From assembly GCA_049841135.1 (NCBI GenBank), contig JASGHK010000008.1, positions 19,272-83,271 of the forward strand: a stretch of DNA of 64,000 nt, in the 5' to 3' direction. The notes below the pieces were generated by a model. That model made no database searches. It was given only the letters and a program-made list of their open reading frames with translations, and was not told where the DNA came from. A program made the position numbers and the translations under genes. This DNA is from Myxococcales bacterium. GTDB lineage: Bacteria; Myxococcota; Myxococcia; Myxococcales; UBA5297. This document shows, in pieces, positions 58,182 to 64,000 of this stretch (position 1 is the stretch's first letter; each line of letters begins with the position of its first letter).

Positions 58182-59516
58182 CTAGGCGTTCGCCTCGCTC
58201 TTGCGGCTGCCCTTGGAGGGCCGCTCGGGCTTCTCGGCCTTCTCCGGAGCCTTCTCGCCGTTACCCTTGGCCTCGCCGGCCGGCTTGGCGGCCTGGCCGC
58301 CGCAGCGCGGAGCCGCGTTCAGGAAGCAGCCGTAGCGCAGGCGCTCGTCCAGGCGGCAGGACCAGACCAGCTCGCCGTTGTGCACGGTCATGTCCGGGCA
58401 GCCGTCGCACATGTTGGCTTCGCCGTCCGCCATGAAGTCGATGGGCTGGATGATGGCGATGGACTGGAAGTACTGCTTCTTGAGCGCCTTCATCGGGTTG
58501 CTGACCAGGCTCTTGGCCCAGCCCATGGCCGCCTTGCGCAGGCTGGGGTCGACCAGCGCGCCGCCGGCCAGGAGCGACCGGCCCATCTTCAGCGCCGCCG
58601 GGTCGGAGTAGGCGACGTACTTGTTGAAGAGCAGGTGGTGGCTGGACTGCATCAGCTCCATGAACTTGGGGCCGACGTAGCCGGAGATGCTCTCCTTGTC
58701 GCCCACGCGGCCGGTCACCAGCCACTTGAAGCTCTGCGGGTCCTTGGTGCCGCCCAGGTACGCGCAGGGCTCGAAGGCCGGGTCCTCTTCGCGGATCTTG
58801 GCGACGAGGTCGTTCGCGGTGAGCGGCTGGGGGAGCTTGCTCTCGTCGTAGTACACGAGCTCCTTCGGGTCCACCGGCTTGCCCTGCGCGTAGTAGTCGA
58901 AGTCGGTGGTGCGGCTGGTGCGGAAGAGGATGAGCACCATGGAGTGGACGATGTCCATGTGCTCCTTGGCCCACTTCAGCATCCCGGGGATCTGGTCCAG
59001 GGTGTGCGGGTAGACGGTGGAGTTGAACGCCACCGACATGCCGCCCACGTCCGCGACCATCTGCGCGTACTTCAGGCGCAGCTCGCACAGCTCGATCTCG
59101 CTCTTGCCGGTCCAGCCGCCCGGGCGGTGCTGGCCGGAGTCGATGTGGAAGGTGAAGCCGAAGACGCCGGCCTTCTTCAGGTCGCGCACCAGCTCGGGGG
59201 TCAGCGCCAACGCGTTGGAGTTGACGATCGGCTTGAGGCCGTACTCCTGCTTGATGATGCGGACGATCTCGACGATGTCCGGGTGGATCAGCGGGTCGCC
59301 GCCGGTGATGGACACGGAGTCGAAGCGGCGGTTCTTGCGGAACACCTCGAGATCCGCGCGGATCTGGTCGAGCGTCTTGTCGGAGTTCTTCTCGTTCCGG
59401 CTGTAGCAGCCCTCGCAGTACAGGTTGCAGCGCTTGGTCGGCTCGAGCCACACCAGCACGTTGTCGTTGAGGGACCAGGGAAGTCGGTAATAGCGGCTGG
59501 GGTCAAGCGTAGCCAT
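58182..59516 (-). CDS. radical SAM protein, HpnH-like (CNLYCEGC cluster plus C-terminal Cys-rich DUF3463-like region)
   Basis: GGAG RBS. LVWLEPTKRCNLYCEGCY CxxxCxxC motif. GGDPLIH. C-terminal MCDGCPDMTVHNGELVWSCRLDERLRYGC. It is the 3' part of an antisense-spanning 1,882-aa artefact ORF. Confidence 0.7.
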   Translation of the reverse strand: MATLDPSRYYRLPWSLNDNVLVWLEPTKRCNLYCEGCYSRNEKNSDKTLDQIRADLEVFRKNRRFDSVSITGGDPLIHPDIVEIVRIIKQEYGLKPIVNSNALALTPELVRDLKKAGVFGFTFHIDSGQHRPGGWTGKSEIELCELRLKYAQMVADVGGMSVAFNSTVYPHTLDQIPGMLKWAKEHMDIVHSMVLILFRTSRTTDFDYYAQGKPVDPKELVYYDESKLPQPLTANDLVAKIREEDPAFEPCAYLGGTKDPQSFKWLVTGRVGDKESISGYVGPKFMELMQSSHHLLFNKYVAYSDPAALKMGRSLLAGGALVDPSLRKAAMGWAKSLVSNPMKALKKQYFQSIAIIQPIDFMADGEANMCDGCPDMTVHNGELVWSCRLDERLRYGCFLNAAPRCGGQAAKPAGEAKGNGEKAPEKAEKPERPSKGSRKSEANA

Positions 59517-59675
59517 TGCGTGTTCTCTCCATCCAGGGTTAAGCGAGCCCGGCACCATAGCCGAAAACCAGACGTTCGGCACCTCCCCCGGTGGGCCCCC
59601 AGGTTCAAAGGGCTTCCCCGGGCGCGCGTCAACGGCTAGAAAGTGCCTTTTCGTCCGAGAGTCCGAGAGGTTGCG

Positions 59676-60420
59676 ATGTCTTCCATCGTCGCGGTTCGCA
59701 GCGTCGTCAAGGAGTACCGGCTGGGCAAGGTGGTGGTCCCGGCCCTGCGCGAGGTCAGCCTGGAGGTCCCGGCCGGCGAGTTCCTGTCCATCGCCGGCCC
59801 CTCGGGCAGCGGCAAGACCACGCTGCTCAACCTCATCGGCTGCGTCGACACGCCCACCGCCGGCACCGTGGAGGTCGCCGGCAAGAACACCTCCAGCCTC
59901 TCCGAGCGCGAGCTGACCGATCTGCGCCTTCACCACCTGGGCTTCATCTTCCAGAGCTTCAACCTGGTGAACGTGCTGACGGTCTTCCAGAACGTCGAGT
60001 TCCCGCTGCTGCTCCAGGGCAAGACCACCGCCGCCGAGCGCAGCGCCCGGGTCCACGAGCTGCTCGAGGCGGTGGGCCTGAAGGACTACGTCCGGCACCG
60101 GCCCAACGAGCTTCTCCGGCGGCCAGCGGCAGCGTGTGGCGGTGGCCCGCGCCCTGGTCACCCGCCCGCAGATCGTCCTCGCCGACGAGCCGACGGCGAA
60201 CCTCGACTCGCAGACCGGAAGCAACATCATCGACCTGATGCGCGAGATGAACCGCAAGCAGGGCACCACCTTCATCTTCTCCACCCACGACGCCAAGGTC
60301 ATGGCCCACGCCAGCGCCGTGGTGAAGCTCGCCGACGGCCGGATCGTCGAAAGGGCCTCAGGGGTGGGCAGCGGCGTGGCGGTGGCCCCGGTGGCCGCCG
60401 TCTCGGCGGGAGCACACTGA
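59676..60420 (+). CDS. ABC transporter ATP-binding protein (MacB/LolD-type); apparent +1 frameshift near 60120
   Basis: Walker A GPSGSGKTT and Q-loop. After ...RPNEL the frame shifts to give SGGQRQRVAVARAL...LADEPTANLD...STHD. Removing one T restores ELSGGQRQRV. Confidence 0.8.
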
Positions 60421-62525
60421 TGCGCCGTTGGCTCGAGATGCTGGGGATCCTCGTCCAGATCGCCCTGCGCAACCTGTTCGCCAGCCGCCTCAAGACGCTC
60501 ATCGTCGGCGGCATCGTCGGCTCGCTGGCCTTCTTCGCCGTGCTGCTCACCAGCCTGCTCTTCTCCATCGTCGACGGCATGAGCCAGTCCATCGTCGGCT
60601 CCATCGCTGGCGACCTGCACGTCTACAACTCCGAGTCCAAGGACGACGTCGCGCTCTACGGCGGCATGGCGCGCGAGGCCGACCTGCGGCCCTGGGAGGA
60701 CTTCTCCAAGATCAAGCAGTCGCTGCTCACCGTGCCCAACGTGAAGTCGGTGGTGCCCATGGGCGTCGAGCAGGCCATGCCCTCCAGCGGCAACGCCCTG
60801 GACCTGGCGCTGGAGCGGCTGCGCGGCGCGGTGAAGAAGCGAGCCTCGGGCGAGGCGGTCTCCGACGAGGAGTACGCGGCGCTCAAGGACCACGTGCGCG
60901 CCAACATCGCGCTCCTCAAGAAGGACCTCTCCAGCCTGACCGTCATGGTCGACGAGAAGACGCTCGACCCGGCCATGCTCGAGGGGCTGCAGACCGCCGC
61001 GACCGACGCCTTCTGGGCCGACTTCGAGAAGGACCCGCTCTCCTCGCTCGAGTTCCTGGAGAACAAGATCGCCCCGCTCTCCGTGGACGGCGACTTCATC
61101 TTCGTGCGCTACGTCGCCACCGACCTCGACGCCTACCAGCAGGCCTTCGGCCGCATGCAGATCCTCGAGGGCCAGAGGGTGCCCAAGGGCCAGCGCGGCA
61201 TCCTCTTCCCCAAGCTCTATTACGAGGAGTGGGTGAAGCTGAAGACCGCCCTGCGCCTGGACAAGATCAAGGAGGCGCGCGAGGTCAACCACCGGCTCAT
61301 CGCGACCGACGAGGAGCTGGGCCGCTTCGTGAAGGAGAACGTCAAGCAGGTCCGCGAGATCGTCGTCCAGCTCGACTCGCTCAAGACCCGCGAGATGGTC
61401 GCGCGGCTGCAGAAGGGCCTGGGCTCCGCGGAGACCGACGTCAGCAAGCTGCTCGAGCAGCTGCTCTCGACCACCGACGAGAACTTCGACGCGCGCTACC
61501 AGCTCTACTACGAGCAGGTGGCGCCGCTGGTGAAGCTCTACCTGATGCGCCCCGGCGACACGATCAACATCAAGGCCTTCTCCAAGTCCGGCTACCTCAA
61601 GTCGGTCAACGTGAAGCTCTACGGCATCTACGCCTTCAAGGGCCTGGAGAAGTCCGGCTTCGCGGGGATGGTCAGCCTGCTCGACCTGATGACCTTCCGC
61701 GACCTGTACGGCTACCTGGGCGCCGACCAGCGCGCCGAGATCAAGAAGCTGCAGGAGGCCGCGGGCTCCAAGGCCATCGACCGCGACCGCGCCGAGGAGG
61801 AGCTGTTCGGGGGCGGCGGCGGCCTGGTCCAGGAGGCCAAGCTGGTCGGCTCCGACGACCCTGCCGCGGCGCTCGCCGGCACCGTGGCCCGCCAGGACAA
61901 CGAGAGGCGCGTCTATTCCAAGGAGGAGATCGAGCAGGGCGTCGCCATCAGCGCCGCCGTGCAGCTCGTGGATCCGTCCCAGGCGCCGGCGACGATGCTC
62001 GAGATCCGGAAGGCGGCCGAGCGCGACGGGCTCAAGCTCAAGGTGGTCGGCTGGAAGCAGGCCGCGGGCATGGTCGGGCAGATCATCACCATGCTCACCT
62101 GGGCGGTCGCGGCCATCCTCGGCATCATCTTCATCATCGCCGTCATCATCATCGCCAACGCGATGGTCATGGCCACGCTCCAGCGCGTGAAGGAAGTGGG
62201 CACGATGCGCGCCATCGGCGGGCAGAAGCGGTTCGTGCTGGGCATGGTCGCGGTGGAGACCCTGGCCATCGGCCTGTTCTTCGGGCTCATCGGCGCGGTG
62301 CTCGGCTCGCTGGGCGTGCTGCTCCTGGGCGTCCTGGGCATCCCCGCCATCGGGCAGGAGATGCAGTTCGTCTTCTCCGGGCCGCGGCTGTTCCCCTCCC
62401 TCTCCGGCATCGCGCTCCTGGTCGCCCTGGGGACCGTGCTCCTCGTCAGCTTCCTCGCCTGCCTCTACCCCGCCCTCGTCGCCACCCGCATCACGCCGCT
62501 CGAGGCGATGCAGTCGGAGGACTGA
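60420..62525 (+). CDS. ABC transporter permease, FtsX/MacB-type with large periplasmic domain
   Basis: TGATG coupling to the ATPase. N-terminal TM segment, a soluble domain of roughly 400 aa, and C-terminal 3-TM FtsX-like bundle (TMRAIGGQKRFV). Confidence 0.75.
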   Translation: MRRWLEMLGILVQIALRNLFASRLKTLIVGGIVGSLAFFAVLLTSLLFSIVDGMSQSIVGSIAGDLHVYNSESKDDVALYGGMAREADLRPWEDFSKIKQSLLTVPNVKSVVPMGVEQAMPSSGNALDLALERLRGAVKKRASGEAVSDEEYAALKDHVRANIALLKKDLSSLTVMVDEKTLDPAMLEGLQTAATDAFWADFEKDPLSSLEFLENKIAPLSVDGDFIFVRYVATDLDAYQQAFGRMQILEGQRVPKGQRGILFPKLYYEEWVKLKTALRLDKIKEAREVNHRLIATDEELGRFVKENVKQVREIVVQLDSLKTREMVARLQKGLGSAETDVSKLLEQLLSTTDENFDARYQLYYEQVAPLVKLYLMRPGDTINIKAFSKSGYLKSVNVKLYGIYAFKGLEKSGFAGMVSLLDLMTFRDLYGYLGADQRAEIKKLQEAAGSKAIDRDRAEEELFGGGGGLVQEAKLVGSDDPAAALAGTVARQDNERRVYSKEEIEQGVAISAAVQLVDPSQAPATMLEIRKAAERDGLKLKVVGWKQAAGMVGQIITMLTWAVAAILGIIFIIAVIIIANAMVMATLQRVKEVGTMRAIGGQKRFVLGMVAVETLAIGLFFGLIGAVLGSLGVLLLGVLGIPAIGQEMQFVFSGPRLFPSLSGIALLVALGTVLLVSFLACLYPALVATRITPLEAMQSED

Positions 62526-62531
62526 CGCTCC

Positions 62532-63839
62532 ATGGCCCTCATCGACTTCCAGATCGCCGCGCGCAACCTGGCCCAGCACCGCAAGCGCACCCTGCTGCTG
62601 GGCGGCGCCACCGCGCTCATCACCATGCTCATGGTGCAGCTGATGGCGCTCACCGACGGCATGCAGGAGACCATCCTCCACGCCGGCGCGACGCTGATGA
62701 CCGGGCACGTCAACGTCGGCGGGTTCTACAAGATCACCGCCGGCTCGGCGGCGCCGCTGGTCACCGAGTACCAGAAGGTGGTCGACGCGGTGCGCGCCGA
62801 CCTGCCCGACGCCGACCTCATCGTCGGGCGCGGGCGGGGCTACGCCACCGTCGTCTCCCCCACCTCCTCGATGAAGCTGGTGCTCGGCGGCCTGGACTTC
62901 GACAAGGACCGCCGCTTCAGCGACGTGGTGGCCCTCGAGGACGGCTCGTTCGAGGAGCTGAAGAAGCCCAACACCATCCTCGTCTTCCACACCGTGGCCC
63001 AGCGGATGGGCGTCAAGGTCGGCGACACGCTGACCCTCTCGGCGCCCACCTTCAAGGGCATGGCCAACACCGCCGACGTGCGCGTCGCCGCCGTCGCCAA
63101 GGACATGGGTGCGATGAGCTTCTTCAACGCCTACCTGCCCTTCGGCACCCTGGCCACGCTCTACCAGATGCGCCCGGACGCCACCGGCGCCGTCCACATC
63201 TACCTCAAGGACCCGTACCAGGCGCCGGCCGTCGCCGAGAAGCTGCGCACGAGCCTGGCCGCAAAGGGCTGGCGCGTGATGGAGCCCGACGCCTCGCCCT
63301 ACTACCTCAAGCTCTACACCAAGGTGACCAAGGAGGACTGGACCGGCCAGAAGCTGGACGTCAGCACCTGGGCCGACGAGATGGCCATCATGAACCAGAT
63401 CGTCATGACCATCCGCGGGCTCAACCTCATGATGCTGGTCATCCTCTCGCTCATCGTCGGCGCCGGCGTCATGAGCACCCTGTGGATCGCCATCCGCGAG
63501 CGCACCCGGGAGATCGGCACCCTGCGCGCCATCGGCATGCACCGCCGGCGCGTGATGGCGATGTTCCTCGTCGAGGCGTTCCTGCTCGGCCTGAGCGGCA
63601 CCACCGTGGGCGCGCTCCTGGGCGCAGGCTCGGCGCTCTTCGTCAACGCCCTGAGCATCCCCACCCCCGAGGCCATCCACGCCATCCTCATGGCCGACAA
63701 GGTGGTCCTCGCCCCGCACCTCTCCGCGGCGCTGGCCTCCATCGCCGGCATCACGCTGTGGACGACCCTCGTCGCGCTGATCCCCGCCTTCTTCGCGGCC
63801 CGCCTCAAGCCGGTGACCGCCATGCACCACATCGGATGA
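62532..63839 (+). CDS. ABC transporter permease, FtsX-type (second permease)
   Basis: FtsX-like C-terminal motif LRAIGMHRRRV. Four predicted TM segments. Confidence 0.75.
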   Translation: MALIDFQIAARNLAQHRKRTLLLGGATALITMLMVQLMALTDGMQETILHAGATLMTGHVNVGGFYKITAGSAAPLVTEYQKVVDAVRADLPDADLIVGRGRGYATVVSPTSSMKLVLGGLDFDKDRRFSDVVALEDGSFEELKKPNTILVFHTVAQRMGVKVGDTLTLSAPTFKGMANTADVRVAAVAKDMGAMSFFNAYLPFGTLATLYQMRPDATGAVHIYLKDPYQAPAVAEKLRTSLAAKGWRVMEPDASPYYLKLYTKVTKEDWTGQKLDVSTWADEMAIMNQIVMTIRGLNLMMLVILSLIVGAGVMSTLWIAIRERTREIGTLRAIGMHRRRVMAMFLVEAFLLGLSGTTVGALLGAGSALFVNALSIPTPEAIHAILMADKVVLAPHLSAALASIAGITLWTTLVALIPAFFAARLKPVTAMHHIG

Positions 63840-64000
63840 CCGCCATGCGCCTGCTCACCGCCCTGACCGTCCTCGCTCTCGCCGTCCCGGCCGCCGCTGC
63901 CGAGCCGGCGCCGTCCGCTGCCGCCCCTGGAGTCCCCGCCGCCGCAGCTCCCGCTCCCGCTCCCGCGGCTGCCGGGGGCCTGACGCAGGAGCAGTCGGTG
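63836..64000 (+). CDS. secreted Ala/Pro-rich protein, N-terminus only (partial)
   Basis: ATGA overlap with the permease stop. MTAMRLLTALTVLALAVPAAAA signal peptide. Truncated by the window end. Confidence 0.35.
   Translation, partial: MTAMRLLTALTVLALAVPAAAAEPAPSAAAPGVPAAAAPAPAPAAAGGLTQEQSV

Noticed and set aside
58182-63830. 1,882-aa minus-strand ORF spanning the radical SAM gene and the whole ABC transporter locus
   Set aside because: Only its 3' 444 codons (58182-59516) give real protein sequence (the radical SAM gene). The rest is Arg/Gly/Ala/Asp-rich antisense of plus-strand genes, the typical stop-free artefact of 70% GC DNA.

Overview
This 64 kb window is about 70% GC, densely coding chromosomal DNA. 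Lipoproteins, an ECF sigma/anti-sigma pair, FG-GAP and caspase-domain proteins, a TIGR02996-type LRR protein and Cys-rich surface repeats suggest a Myxococcota-like (deltaproteobacterial) genome. I support about 50 protein-coding genes. I saw no rRNA, tRNA or CRISPR array by eye. All family calls come from motif and architecture recognition only, with no database search.

The window runs from the 5' end through the following blocks:
- housekeeping and envelope genes: SIS isomerase, TlpA-like thioredoxin, HAD phosphatase, sugar-phosphate nucleotidyltransferase, L,D-transpeptidase and several lipoproteins
- a nucleotidyltransferase/antitoxin-like pair
- a B12-binding radical SAM gene with no stop before a repeat-containing lipoprotein
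- a GlpA-like FAD oxidoreductase, a NAD/FAD oxidoreductase and a DUF1667 protein
- an ECF sigma, anti-sigma, FG-GAP/IPT lipoprotein and caspase operon
- a SWIM-SNF2 helicase, a tachylectin-like five-blade lectin and a surface lipoprotein of about 2,300 aa
- the most unusual block: GMC oxidoreductase, GH3 amido-synthetase, myo-inositol-1-phosphate synthase, DegT aminotransferase, inositol monophosphatase and an MMPL exporter, consistent with an undescribed inositol-derived aminocyclitol (scyllo-inosamine-type) conjugate pathway; next to it lie an HpnH-like radical SAM gene and a MacB-type ABC exporter

Several non-coding repeat families are also present:
- a composite direct/inverted repeat at about 12.64-12.92 kb
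- a 206 bp inverted-repeat element at 21.42-21.63 kb
- a 3 x 45 bp tandem repeat in the ECF sigma promoter
- a 9 bp-period satellite cluster at about 45.96-46.30 kb
- a dispersed intergenic repeat at five or more loci with core CCCTCCCGCAGTTGGGA

At least nine genes carry single-base homopolymer frameshifts. These look like sequencing or assembly indels rather than true pseudogenes.
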